From Methanomicrobiales archaeon (lineage in GTDB: Archaea > Halobacteriota > Methanomicrobia > Methanomicrobiales > Methanospirillaceae), in contig JBAXJR010000003.1 of assembly GCA_037137755.1 (NCBI GenBank), forward strand, positions 32,001 to 96,000: DNA of 64,000 nucleotides, in the 5' to 3' direction. Below are positions 40,100-50,434 of the stretch, in pieces (the stretch's first letter is position 1; every line of letters starts with the position of its first letter). The notes under the pieces are model-generated. The model did no database searches. It was not told the origin of the DNA and was given only the letters and a program-made list of their open reading frames with translations. The position numbers were made by a program, and so were the translations under genes.

Positions 40100-41035
40100 C
40101 TACGGGAATTCCAGTTCCAGGAATTCTCCATGTTTCATGGCGATCGAAGCGATGGCAAGGTCCTGGATAGCAAGGCCTGTAGAGTCAAAGACTGTAATCT
40201 GCCCGCTGTTTACTCTCTTCTTCCGGCCCAGAACAACTTCGCCAAGAGTTCCTGAAATCTCTTCAGGGGAATACCATCCCTGCCTGATCGGGACATTGAT
40301 CTCGCCCGAATGAACCGCCTGAACAGGGTCATCGACGATTACCATTGCCCGTTTGAGAATAGCGGGGTCAAGTTCTTCTTTCCCAGGAGCGTCCGCCCCG
40401 ATTGCATTGATATGTGTCCCCTCGTGGACCCATTCATCCATTACAACGGGTGTCTGTGAAGGGGTGGTTGTAACAATCACGTCGCTATCGCAGACAAAGG
40501 GTAGTGTACCGGTCCTGCAGTCAAAGCGGGAATACCTTGTGCAGAAATTATCAGATGACACTTCTTTCCTGCTCCATACACGGACCCTGGTCACTTCAAT
40601 TTCACGGGATATCGCCTCGAGCTGGGCTGCTGCCTGGCGCCCGGTGCCAACCAGGCCAACCGTAACCGATTTTTTCCCGGCAAGATATTTTGTTGCGATA
40701 GCACCTGCGGCCCCGGTCCTCAAATCAGTCAGCCCCGTGGCATTCAGTATAGCAATGGGAAGACCTGTCGCAATATCAAGTATTGTGGTAAGCGCCATGA
40801 CCGTAGGGAGACCCTTACCCGGGTTTCCGGGGTGGACATTTACACATTTTATTCCAGCCAGTTGCTCTGCGGGTATATACGCCGGCATTGTCCTGAAATC
40901 GCCGTTTGGAAATGTAATATAGACTTTAGGTGGCATCTGGACGTTACCCACCCCATGTTCCCGGAATGCTGCTTCTACGGCGATATTTACCTCGTGGATA
41001 TCAAGTCCGGAGTCGGGTCTTGGATAATATTTCAT
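40100..41035 (-). CDS. ala: Alanine dehydrogenase (ornithine cyclodeaminase/mu-crystallin family)
   Basis: MPPKVY, GDFRTMPAY, K.VNVHPGN, TDLRTGAA, GADAPGKEE, FDSTGLAIQD. Confidence 0.85.
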   Translation of the reverse strand: MKYYPRPDSGLDIHEVNIAVEAAFREHGVGNVQMPPKVYITFPNGDFRTMPAYIPAEQLAGIKCVNVHPGNPGKGLPTVMALTTILDIATGLPIAILNATGLTDLRTGAAGAIATKYLAGKKSVTVGLVGTGRQAAAQLEAISREIEVTRVRVWSRKEVSSDNFCTRYSRFDCRTGTLPFVCDSDVIVTTTPSQTPVVMDEWVHEGTHINAIGADAPGKEELDPAILKRAMVIVDDPVQAVHSGEINVPIRQGWYSPEEISGTLGEVVLGRKKRVNSGQITVFDSTGLAIQDLAIASIAMKHGEFLELEFP

Positions 41036-41341
41036 GGTGTAATCAGGTCTCCTGCCCGGCCTCACGGGATATTCAGACAAGAAATTGATCGGGATAATCA
41101 AATAGCTTACCTGTCTTCCACATTGTATCTATCAGGCATTATCCGGGTGTAAAGAAAAAAAGGATACTGTGTTAAAAATGCATCGAGTGACGTAACAGGA
41201 AGATTTCATCGAAAAACAACCTACATGGAGAATTATACCCGTCCCTGTTTCCAAATGAGGATTATTTTTGATAATCGAAGATTGCAGGCCATAGTATCCA
41301 GGAAAAAAGATGATTTGACTCAGGCTTAACATTTCCAGGGC

Positions 41342-41572
41342 TTAATGATCATTATCAATATGCATGATAACGTTCGCATAACCTGTACCCCTGCAGGTAG
41401 TGCACCTGCAACATCCGGCTATTCCGGTTCCATAACAGCACGCACAACGGGTGGCGGGTTGAGAAACCATGATAAACCCTTTGCCTTCGCAGGCAGGGCA
41501 TGTCATACAACCGATCTTCCCATCTCCCCTGCAATATGCGCAACTTTTCTTTAGAACCCCGGATATTTCCAT
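41342..41572 (-). CDS. Stand-alone DnaJ-type zinc finger mini-protein
   Basis: Four CxxCxGxG repeats in 76 aa. Confidence 0.75.
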   Translation of the reverse strand: MEISGVLKKSCAYCRGDGKIGCMTCPACEGKGFIMVSQPATRCACCYGTGIAGCCRCTTCRGTGYANVIMHIDNDH

Positions 41573-41910
41573 GATTACCTATAGAACCGGGCCAAAAAAT
41601 AAACATGCCGGACCTGTTGGTAAGCAGAATGATATTCAGTTTTTCTGTTTCTGCAAACCTTATCCAGCCGATTGAACATTTAAATAATTATAAATCCAGA
41701 AATTTTATTCGAAAAATCTGATATCCTCATCTCTCATTCACCTGAAACTAAATTTCTGGTATTTATTTCTGAAGCATTAAGGGACGGAAAAATATAGTGC
41801 GATATTCCGGATCCGGGTTTCCCATTGATTTATCTAGGACAACATAATCGTGATTAATAGTGAGCCGCAACAAATTATGTCATCAGGGATATTGTGCAGA
41901 GGAGAGCCTC

Positions 41911-42705
41911 ATGATCACTATCATACCAAAACCAACCGATACCGCAGGTGATAATTCTACCTCAATGGTTGCTGAAGAACTCACCAAAGCCGGCGCAGCC
42001 TATACGTTTATAAATCCTGATTCCATTGACCCTCTTTCAGATCCCTGCTCTGGTGAACTGATCTGGGTATGCGGGCTCCGCCAGGATGACCACCAGTTCG
42101 AGGTGATCAATGCCCTTTCTGTTGATAATCTTGTTGTCAACTCCCCTGATTCGATATTTACCTGCGCGAGTAAAGTAAAAACATCTGCACAATTGATAAA
42201 AAAACGCATAAGGACGCCGGATACCCTTTTCACTGCTTCTGCGGAAATTGCTGGACGTTTTATTGAAACGCATGGCAGGGTGGTATACAAACCCGTGTAC
42301 GGGTATGACGGAAATGGTATCCGCCTGATCAAAACAGCTGGAGAACTTGGGTCCGGCCCCTATTATCTCCAGGAATATGTCCCAAATGACCGGGACTACC
42401 GGATTTTTGTTATTAACGGGAGATCAGTCGGTGCAATTGTACGTCGTTCTGATTCCCTTGCGCATAATATTCACCAGGGAGGTATCGGTATCCCGGTCGA
42501 GATAGACCCCGAGATGGATGCAATGGCCGGGGAAGCAGCCATGGCGGTCGGGGTCGATTACGGGGGTGTTGACCTTCTCAAAGATGATGATGGTTATACG
42601 GTGCTTGAAGTAAACGGGACTCCCAACTGGCACTGCATGAGCGCCCCTATACCGAGACTCCTTGCAGAATACCTTATCGCGAAGCAACGACAGTCCAGGT
42701 GTTAA
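41911..42705 (+). CDS. RimK-family ATP-grasp glutamate ligase (MptN/CofF-like)
   Basis: YKPVYGYDG.G, YLQEYV, DYRIFV, N.HQGG, GVDLL, LEVNGTP. Confidence 0.85.
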   Translation: MITIIPKPTDTAGDNSTSMVAEELTKAGAAYTFINPDSIDPLSDPCSGELIWVCGLRQDDHQFEVINALSVDNLVVNSPDSIFTCASKVKTSAQLIKKRIRTPDTLFTASAEIAGRFIETHGRVVYKPVYGYDGNGIRLIKTAGELGSGPYYLQEYVPNDRDYRIFVINGRSVGAIVRRSDSLAHNIHQGGIGIPVEIDPEMDAMAGEAAMAVGVDYGGVDLLKDDDGYTVLEVNGTPNWHCMSAPIPRLLAEYLIAKQRQSRC

Positions 42706-42898
42706 TCGCAAAAGATTAGTTTTTTGGCTCTGGCCCTGTTGATAACAAAGAAAAATCGCCTCTTCGCTGTTTCGTGTGGGTAAATAACCTGAACATAAGA
42801 TATCTACAAATAAAATCTAAAGGCAATAAAGCATTAGAATTGAAAAATAGCCTTCAATATTGGAAATACTATGAATAATTGCATCAACACGCACTGAA

Positions 42899-42962
42899 CC
42901 GCCGCCGGGGCGTCCTTCGGGGGCGGCGGAACTCTCCTAATCGGGGTTTGGGGCGGAGCCCC
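42899..42962. repeat. GC-rich double hairpin in an AT-rich intergenic region
   Basis: ccgccgcc (42899-42906) pairs with ggcggcgg (42922-42929); ggggttt (42943-42949) pairs with gagcccc (42956-42962) using G-U. Confidence 0.6.
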
Positions 42963-43059
42963 ATCAATTCATTTTTATATCACCCGCATAATTACCCACT
43001 CAATTTGACGAAGAGCCGAAAAATCAGTTATTATTCAAAAAGAGATGATTATCCATTGG

Positions 43060-43344
43060 TTACTGGGAATATTCCATTTCTTTCAATGTTTTTTCTGCCA
43101 GTTCCTTCATACGCGCGGAAATCCTGCCTGACGCTGAAAATTCCACGTCTTTCATGGCATTTGCAAGCTCGTTACCGAGGACAAATATTGCATACTTATG
43201 CTCCATCTTGCTCTTATGTGTCTGGTTAGGCTGGATCTTCAGGGAGTAGTACTGGGCGAACTTAAGGTCCGGGTTAATGCTCTCAAAATAGTCCTTTATA
43301 TTGAATAGCATCTGGTGTAAGGTAATTAATTCCTCTTTATGCAT
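43060..43344 (-). CDS. UPF0058 family protein
   Basis: MHKEELITLHQ...HKSK.EHKYAIFVLG. Confidence 0.88.
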   Translation of the reverse strand: MHKEELITLHQMLFNIKDYFESINPDLKFAQYYSLKIQPNQTHKSKMEHKYAIFVLGNELANAMKDVEFSASGRISARMKELAEKTLKEMEYSQ

Positions 43345-43409
43345 TGTTCGTATCATCCCCAAGATCAAATAGTAAATTTTATCTTAAATAAGTATGGGGA
43401 AGGAAATAT

Positions 43410-44663
43410 TCAGGCGATTTTTATCAGCCTGATTGAGATTGGGCGCTTTATAATCCCCTTGAATTCGCGTGCTGCGACGTACTCCACGCCGGTCTCGACC
43501 ATGTGGTCAAGGAGTTTCTGGTTCACCTCACCATCCAGGACAACACCCTGGAAATCACCATTCAGTTCACCGAGAGCCGTTTCAACCTCCCCTGTTTTTA
43601 GTTCCCGGAGGAGATCATAGTCTTTGGAAAGGAACCGCGCAATATGGTGGCCCCGCACAGCCCGGATGTGATCAGTAAGCGTCTTTGCTATCCCTGGTTT
43701 TTCAGCTAGACGAGGTTTTACTTTTCGATCGGGGATGCCGGCTGTTGCTCCTGCCGGTTCACCGGGTGATTTTTCCATAGGTGGTTTCTCCGGTTTCTCC
43801 AGGGCCATGTCCGCCGATCGTTCCTCCTCTTCCCCGGTAAAGAACTGGTCACGCACATATTCCACCGGGACCTTGTTCCGGAGTGCCTTGATGACCTCTT
43901 TCCTGGTCATATCCTCGACACTTTTTCCACGGGGTGAGTGTGCAACATAATCAATGTCAGCCACCTGTAACAGTTCCCGAAGTATCAGTTCTCCCCCGCG
44001 GTCCCCGTCAAGGAACGCAGTTGATGTTTTTGTTTCGGTAAGTTCGATAATGGTCCCGGTGACTTTTGTTCCTTCGACAGCGACTGCATTTTTTATGCCG
44101 AATTTTAAGAGGTTAATGACGTCCGCGCGACCTTCCACGACGATTATCGCATCGCTATCCTGTACGTTTGGGCCTGCCGGAACTTTATCCTCCCCGATTA
44201 CACCGATTTTTTCAATACGGATACTCTCCCTGACATCATCCAGCAGTTCGTAGCTGTCGATCGATGCATCATTGAAATAACCGGTGAGCAACTCCTTCGC
44301 TCTTTCCACGATAATTTTTCGTTTTACAACCCTGATATCCTCTATACTTTCAACCGTCACATGGGCTACACATGGCCCGACACGGTCGATTGTCTCGAGA
44401 GATGCGGCAAGGATCGCTGTTTCCGCACGGTCCAGCGAAGAAGATATCAGGATCTCTCCCTTTGTCTCCCCCTTCCTGCTGGTTATCTGGACGTCTATTC
44501 TCCCAACCCGCCCGGTGCGCTGTAAGTCCCGCAGGTCGAGTTCCTCGCCGAGTAACCCTTCAGTCTGGCCAAAAATGGCACCGACTACATCAGGTTTCTC
44601 GACCACCCCCTCTGCCGTGAGGTGGATGTGAATAAGGTACTTGGTAGTATCAGATGAATACAA
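43410..44663 (-). CDS. dnaG: Archaeal DnaG (TOPRIM, exosome-associated)
   Basis: TTG at 44663; DVVGAIFGQTEGLLG, VVEGRADV, DGDRGG. Confidence 0.95.
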   Translation of the reverse strand: MYSSDTTKYLIHIHLTAEGVVEKPDVVGAIFGQTEGLLGEELDLRDLQRTGRVGRIDVQITSRKGETKGEILISSSLDRAETAILAASLETIDRVGPCVAHVTVESIEDIRVVKRKIIVERAKELLTGYFNDASIDSYELLDDVRESIRIEKIGVIGEDKVPAGPNVQDSDAIIVVEGRADVINLLKFGIKNAVAVEGTKVTGTIIELTETKTSTAFLDGDRGGELILRELLQVADIDYVAHSPRGKSVEDMTRKEVIKALRNKVPVEYVRDQFFTGEEEERSADMALEKPEKPPMEKSPGEPAGATAGIPDRKVKPRLAEKPGIAKTLTDHIRAVRGHHIARFLSKDYDLLRELKTGEVETALGELNGDFQGVVLDGEVNQKLLDHMVETGVEYVAAREFKGIIKRPISIRLIKIA

Positions 44664-45036
44664 GGTAATGCCCCCCCATGTGTCATGCAATAATTCATTC
44701 GCGTGATCATAGGTAGTTCCTAGTGGTATGCAGGATCTCTTAAAATGTGTGATATTGTAAAAGGTTTTCCTTTTTTCAAGTACGTGTTGTACCTGTTTTT
44801 TTTATAGCGAATGGATTAACTGTGTAATTATTGTCGACGTATAGTCAAAGACATGGCATTTACTACTGTTTTATAATTTTAGCTTCAATAATCCAATTTT
44901 TCCAAAGATTGTCCATTTTTGCCCATTTAACTATTGCAAATTGTATCACATCAAAGAATCCTGACTATAATTGTGAAAGAAACCCTATAGCGGACTCCAG
45001 GGAAAAAAGATGTGTCTGTTCCGATAGGCAACATAG

Positions 45037-45594
45037 CTATCCTGTAAATATTTCCGCAACCTGGTGAGACCTGAAATCACTCATGGTGAACGGGGTTGTC
45101 CTGAACTTCCAGACCCTGTTTGGTTCAAGATAGTTAACTGCCGCGATGGCACTCCCAATGGCGTTACCATCCGCATCGAAGAGCATGATGGTCACGGTAA
45201 CCAGGTCGATCCGCTCGGCACCGATATTCTTTATCGTGCCGACGATCATTCTAGCCCCGGTTGGATCGGTTTCCACATGGGATTCGAGAAGTCGTACTTT
45301 ATGTGCGGGATTATATTGATATTTCACGAATCCAAAAGGCCGCTGTACATATGCCTCCACCTGGATGGGTGTCTCTTCCGGAACCGGGCTTGCAGGTGCA
45401 ATGGTTCCCTGAGCCGTAATCTGGGAAACCAGGGGTGTAATCGCTGGCGTGGCAATTGAAGTGGTTGGAATTGGAACCGGCGATACCTGGTTAACCGGAG
45501 CAGGATTTGTACACCCTGCAGACAGGAGCAATGCGATGAGGAAAAGGACCGGTACAGCAATCCTTGTATTGAATTTCATGGTTCTATCATCCAT
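45037..45594 (-). CDS. FxLYD-domain lipoprotein
   Basis: LLSAGC lipobox, P/T-rich linker, VGTIKN...MLFDADG...LEP...WKF. Confidence 0.82.
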   Translation of the reverse strand: MDDRTMKFNTRIAVPVLFLIALLLSAGCTNPAPVNQVSPVPIPTTSIATPAITPLVSQITAQGTIAPASPVPEETPIQVEAYVQRPFGFVKYQYNPAHKVRLLESHVETDPTGARMIVGTIKNIGAERIDLVTVTIMLFDADGNAIGSAIAAVNYLEPNRVWKFRTTPFTMSDFRSHQVAEIFTG

Positions 45595-45684
45595 TCATTG
45601 AATATCTGCAGGTACTATTTGTTTTCTACCCGGGCGACCAGTTGGTTAATCATATGCCTGCAGGTACAATCTGGTTACCTCTGA

Positions 45685-46005
45685 TTAACCCGGAACTTTC
45701 GTTTCAATCCTTGAAGTTATCATCTCTGCGGAAAGTCCCCGTACAAGGACTTTTTTCCGGGTGGATGTTAAACCAGATACGATGCTCACATCGCTTTGCG
45801 AAACATCCAGCACCCCGGCTATCAACCCGATAATGGCAATATTTGCTTTACCATCAACTGGCTGTGCTGAAACCTGGCAACCAAGCGCTTTTCTCCAGGG
45901 ATTGTAACCGGATGGAAATGTGCCAGATTTACTCCCGGTTGAGACCTCGATGGTAATAATCGTCCCATTGGTGGAGGTAGTCAGGGCCTCAGATATATTC
46001 ACCAT
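45685..46005 (-). CDS. UPF0235/DUF167 family protein
   Basis: P.DGKAN..I, V.IVSG.TS..K.V. Confidence 0.88.
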   Translation of the reverse strand: MVNISEALTTSTNGTIITIEVSTGSKSGTFPSGYNPWRKALGCQVSAQPVDGKANIAIIGLIAGVLDVSQSDVSIVSGLTSTRKKVLVRGLSAEMITSRIETKVPG

Positions 46006-46150
46006 CCACTAACTATCACCTGGTACCTACATAATCTGCCCGGTTCCTGTAGCAGCTTATAACCTATTCAATAACAAGAGGTTAGAATACGAATCCATGG
46101 TAAAAACATGTGTCCGGTAAATTTGTTTTGTTTTTTCCAGAATATAATTG

Positions 46151-46352
46151 AAATGTCGCCCGACGTTAACAAGTTGGGATCACCAGTGGCATGTCGCCGT
46201 TCTTCACCCGCTTTTAACCCTGTCGGGCGGTGCCTGTCGCAAAACCGGGTTGTCCCGAAGTTCATTTCCAGGCGCTTGCCAGTCGATCACCCGGGGACCT
46301 ATGGAAGTGCTGTATCGGCACCATTAGCCTTTCGTCGTCCCGGTATTTATCC
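46151..46352 (-). ncRNA. Candidate two-hairpin box H/ACA pseudouridylation guide RNA
   Basis: Two hairpins, each with a UGA...UGA K-turn/K-loop and each followed by ACA (46235-46237 and 46154-46156); pocket sequences complementary to conserved 23S rRNA segments as recalled; ends approximate. Confidence 0.72.
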
Positions 46353-46364
46353 AATGCCTTTGTA

Positions 46365-47714
46365 TCATTTCACCGCGTGGTACCCTCTCCCCGGGTACCA
46401 CCGCGAGCCCCCGTTAAAAAATTCCCCGTTGTGGTAGACGATCTTCCCTTCCATTATCACCAGTTCCGGAAATATTGCTTGCATTCCCGTGAACGGTGTC
46501 CATCCGGCCCGGCTGTGTAGTTCTCCGGGGTCTATCCTGGTAATTTCCTGTGAGTAGAGCGCAAAATCTGAACGCTCTCCCGTTTGAAACCCCGCGGGAG
46601 GTATCCCCAGGATTTCGCAGGGTCTTCTGGATACCTTTTCTACCAGTGACGAAACAGGGAGATTTCTCCGCCGTACTTCGGCGAGGAGCAGCGGGACCAT
46701 GGTCTCCACACCTGGTATTCCTGATGGTGCATCTATGAAATCCACTGCCTTTTCATCTATCGTATGCGGTGCGTGGTCTGATGCGATAACGTCAATCTGG
46801 TCCCACATATGCCAGAGCCCTTCCCGGTTTTTGTTATCCCTGATCGGCGGGTTAACTTTTGCACAGGCATCTTTTGGAAGGAAGTCCTCGTTTGCAAGGA
46901 GGAGGTGGTGGGGTGTCACTTCAAACGAGGTCCTGGAAACCCTGGAATGTTCATTAGATTCCCGGGTCATTTTGTCCAATAGTTTCCTTTGCTCCATAAC
47001 AACCGCTATTGCCCGGGCTGTACTCATGTGACAAAAATGGAGCTGACACCCGGAACTATTCAGCTGGCAGACCTTCCTTACAGCATCTGCCTCGCCATCC
47101 GGGGTGCGGTTGGAATCGTGGGCGGCCATTGTTTTCGGTGTGGATGGTCCGACTTCTTCTGCATGAATCGTTGCAAGGCACCCCATATGGTGGATTACCG
47201 TGAGGGCCTCTGAAAGGTCATGAGATGACAATGCTTCCCCGTAACTTGAAGCATCTGCAAATATCTCGCCGAATGCCATTGCCCCCGCGCTCCATAATGA
47301 AGGCAGGTCAGAGCCGGGTGTCACTCCCGCATTGATTGCAAAACCGCAGCATGCATCCGATACAGCTTCTTTAACGCGACGGGTAAAGCGGGAGTGAGTG
47401 GTGAGGGCAGGGACCGTATTTGGCTGGTCGACCACCAGGGTTACACCCCCTGCAATTGCACTCATTGTCCCGCTATGCCAGTCTTCTTTTTCTACCTGGC
47501 TTCCCCCCCGCATATGCACGTGCATGTCCGTCGCAGCTGGCACGAGAAGCATGCCATGTCCTTTTACAATCTCATCAGCCTGCCCGGCTGCACCAATATG
47601 AACTACTCTGCCTCCCTTAAATCCGATATCCGCTCTTCTTCCGTCAGGGAATGTTACGTCAAGAAGGGCAAGGTCTAACCCGGGCATTTGTACCAGACGT
47701 TGGAGTGGATTCAC
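46365..47714 (-). CDS. pyrC: Dihydroorotase
   Basis: DMHVHMR, DQPNT.P, HAEE, H.CHMS, EVTPHHL, KVNPPIR, ASDHAPH, G.PGVE. Confidence 0.9.
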   Translation of the reverse strand: MNPLQRLVQMPGLDLALLDVTFPDGRRADIGFKGGRVVHIGAAGQADEIVKGHGMLLVPAATDMHVHMRGGSQVEKEDWHSGTMSAIAGGVTLVVDQPNTVPALTTHSRFTRRVKEAVSDACCGFAINAGVTPGSDLPSLWSAGAMAFGEIFADASSYGEALSSHDLSEALTVIHHMGCLATIHAEEVGPSTPKTMAAHDSNRTPDGEADAVRKVCQLNSSGCQLHFCHMSTARAIAVVMEQRKLLDKMTRESNEHSRVSRTSFEVTPHHLLLANEDFLPKDACAKVNPPIRDNKNREGLWHMWDQIDVIASDHAPHTIDEKAVDFIDAPSGIPGVETMVPLLLAEVRRRNLPVSSLVEKVSRRPCEILGIPPAGFQTGERSDFALYSQEITRIDPGELHSRAGWTPFTGMQAIFPELVIMEGKIVYHNGEFFNGGSRWYPGRGYHAVK

Positions 47715-47809
47715 AATAAAATAGTGGTCTCTTCATCGAACAGGGTGGGTTCCGTTTGAACCCGTTACAATACGGAACACAGACAAGAAAAAAATGAAAT
47801 CCCTGGTCC

Positions 47810-50059
47810 TTACCTGTGTTCGTCCGGGAGCAGGCATGCTTGTCCTTCTTCATGTGGCTTTGGCTTTTCAAACCCACCCATAACGGACAGGATCGCAGGC
47901 ATGATGATGATGGCCCCTATCAGTGAAAAACCGACCGCAATCAGTGTCGTGATACCGAAATTGCTGATAATCGGAAAACTGGCAAATAAGAGGGCCGAAA
48001 ACCCGAAAAATGTTGCCAGTCCCGAGATTGTAATTGCGGTACCGATCCTCTCAACGCTGTGATGAATGGCACTCATAGGGTCCCCGAGATTATCAAACTC
48101 CTCGGCATACCGCTCCATAACAAGGATTGTGTATTCAGCTGCGACTCCGATTGTCATGGACCCCAGCGTGGCTGTCAGCGGGGTATAATCTATCCCGAGC
48201 AGGTACATCGCGGCCGCATTCCAACCCACGACAAGGATAATCGGTACGAGCGGTGTAATTGCATGTACTCGCCGGTAGACGAGCAACAGGAACACAAATA
48301 CCAGGACGAACCCGAGTGCGGTCATCTGCTCTTTAGAAGATGACAATGAGCCAATCAGGCGGGTGAACAAGTCAAAACTACCGGAAGGGACTGCATTAAT
48401 GCCGGAAGGTGGTGGATTAAATGCGATATCCTGGATCATTTGTTCTTTTAACGAGGATTGCTGGTTTGTCTGGAGTTTTATCGTAACAAACTGGATTACT
48501 CCGTCCGTGGAACCCACAAGGTACGTCTTTTTTATATCTGGTGGGATATTTAACATAACCGCGTCAAGTTCACTCTGCGTTGCCGGCATCTGGCCATTAT
48601 TGTAAGCTAGGATGTAGGTGACGATACTGGTGGCACTGGTAAACTCACTATGCCGGTTCAGTTCATCTTCCTGGAACTGTTTCATCCATTTAATGGTGGA
48701 CAGGGAACTTACCCCGTCCCCGTTCAGGTAAATTGGTGCGGTGCTCGTCGCACCGTACATCCTCGTTACCTTGTCGTTTAAGACCTTTGCCGGCATATCG
48801 GAAGGCACAAAGGCATTTTCATTGGTCTGGATAGGAATATAGGAATCAATCTGGAACCCTATGACTGCGATGACGCATGCCACGAGGAGGATCGGGACAG
48901 GGTTTTTTGCAATTTTCATCGACGTTTTTGTCAGCAGTGCACTGTACGAAAAGCCGCCTTTTGATGATTGTTTCTTAACTTTTGGTTTGTATTTCAGGAG
49001 TATGGCTGCAGTGGGGATGCCGACGAGGGAGGCCAGGTAACAGCAGGCCACCCCGATGATTGAGACCAGGCCAAAACCCTGGATCATCGGCACCGGGGAG
49101 ATAAACATGGCCACAAAACCCATGCAGGTAGCGAGCATTGCATAGAGGACCGCAGGACCTGTCCTTGTCACGGTCATGAATACTGCCTGCTCCATTGAGC
49201 CCTTTCTGATCTCTTCGTCAAAACGGGCATGGAACTGTATGGCGTAATCAATCCCCAGACCTATCATGACCGGGAATGCCCCTATCACTGCCATGTTCAA
49301 CTGTATACCGACCAGTCCCATCAGCCCCATCGCGGATACGAGGCCAATTGCGACCATCAGCACGGGGAGGAACCGGTGACTGACGAATGAGAACAGTATC
49401 CCCATGACTATGATCATCAGGATCAGTGCGGCAAAAATAAGTACGCCGCTTGCGGATCCCATCGAGCTCTTCATCTGCTGTGAGAATGCTGCACTACCTG
49501 TCAAGGATATTTTTACACCAGGCGGCGGATTGGAATTATCAACGAGGCTCTGTAAATTGTTAAGTAGGTTTGTTTTGGCTTTTTCAGAAAGCCCTTCATT
49601 AACATCCACCCTGATGATAGTAATGAGATTTGACTGGGTGTAGACCGAAAGGACTTGTGGCGGTACCCTGGTTTCCGCATCCTGGATCTCGCCAATCGAG
49701 GTGGGAAGTGCCCCGTTATTGGCCTGCTCCAGGAGGTCTGCAATACCGCTAACGCTCTTAATGTTCTGCTGGCTGCGGATCGACCCTTCCAGCCCGTCCA
49801 TAAACCTCAGCATATCAGGGCTTATTGGGGTATCGGTATCGATGAATAAGACTACCGGGTCAGACTGGAAGGTGGTGATGTATTTATTATACTGGCTTCC
49901 TTCCGGTGAGTCCTTCACCATGTATGTTTCCCACCCGTTCTGCATGGAAATCGTCGTCATGCCGTAAAGGCAGACAATAAATAACGCTACAACGATTCCT
50001 GCGACCAGCATCGGGTGATGGGTAATTCCCCGGGCAAGTCGTTCAAATATACGTTTCAC
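47810..50059 (-). CDS. HAE3/MMPL-family RND transporter
   Basis: Two repeats of TM plus extracellular loop; IGLGIDYAIQFHARF and IGVAAEYTIL..ERY. Confidence 0.9.
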   Translation of the reverse strand: MKRIFERLARGITHHPMLVAGIVVALFIVCLYGMTTISMQNGWETYMVKDSPEGSQYNKYITTFQSDPVVLFIDTDTPISPDMLRFMDGLEGSIRSQQNIKSVSGIADLLEQANNGALPTSIGEIQDAETRVPPQVLSVYTQSNLITIIRVDVNEGLSEKAKTNLLNNLQSLVDNSNPPPGVKISLTGSAAFSQQMKSSMGSASGVLIFAALILMIIVMGILFSFVSHRFLPVLMVAIGLVSAMGLMGLVGIQLNMAVIGAFPVMIGLGIDYAIQFHARFDEEIRKGSMEQAVFMTVTRTGPAVLYAMLATCMGFVAMFISPVPMIQGFGLVSIIGVACCYLASLVGIPTAAILLKYKPKVKKQSSKGGFSYSALLTKTSMKIAKNPVPILLVACVIAVIGFQIDSYIPIQTNENAFVPSDMPAKVLNDKVTRMYGATSTAPIYLNGDGVSSLSTIKWMKQFQEDELNRHSEFTSATSIVTYILAYNNGQMPATQSELDAVMLNIPPDIKKTYLVGSTDGVIQFVTIKLQTNQQSSLKEQMIQDIAFNPPPSGINAVPSGSFDLFTRLIGSLSSSKEQMTALGFVLVFVFLLLVYRRVHAITPLVPIILVVGWNAAAMYLLGIDYTPLTATLGSMTIGVAAEYTILVMERYAEEFDNLGDPMSAIHHSVERIGTAITISGLATFFGFSALLFASFPIISNFGITTLIAVGFSLIGAIIIMPAILSVMGGFEKPKPHEEGQACLLPDEHR

Positions 50060-50434
50060 AATATCCTGTCCTTTTCATGCTTTTTTCGGGTCTTTTTAAA
50101 CTCCGGGTATTCTGTAATAAAATATCCCGTTGGTGTTAACAAATTCTTATCTGGTTGATACCCGGATACATCATATACCATTATGGAGTCATATATCAGG
50201 AATGGAAGGGAATTACGAGTAGTCTGGAACACAGAATGTTTTTTTCCAGGATTTTCAATGCACTCCCGATAGTCTGAAACCAGGTTCTTGTTTCAATTTA
50301 CTGATAATTTTTCGCATGGATTGGTAATAAAGTATTTGTTGTGAATAAGACAACAATATTTTCTAAAGGTCTCTGGAAGCGGCATTCATTGATTCGGTGT
50401 TTTGATATTCCTGCAAATTCTTTCCTCCCAGGTT

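Noticed and set aside
46068-46520. RNase P RNA, SRP RNA, or the short ORFs listed here
   Set aside because: Lacks the GAGGAAAGUCC-type and GCCCGGAAGGGAGCA-type cores; the ORFs have no motifs; the H/ACA model fits better
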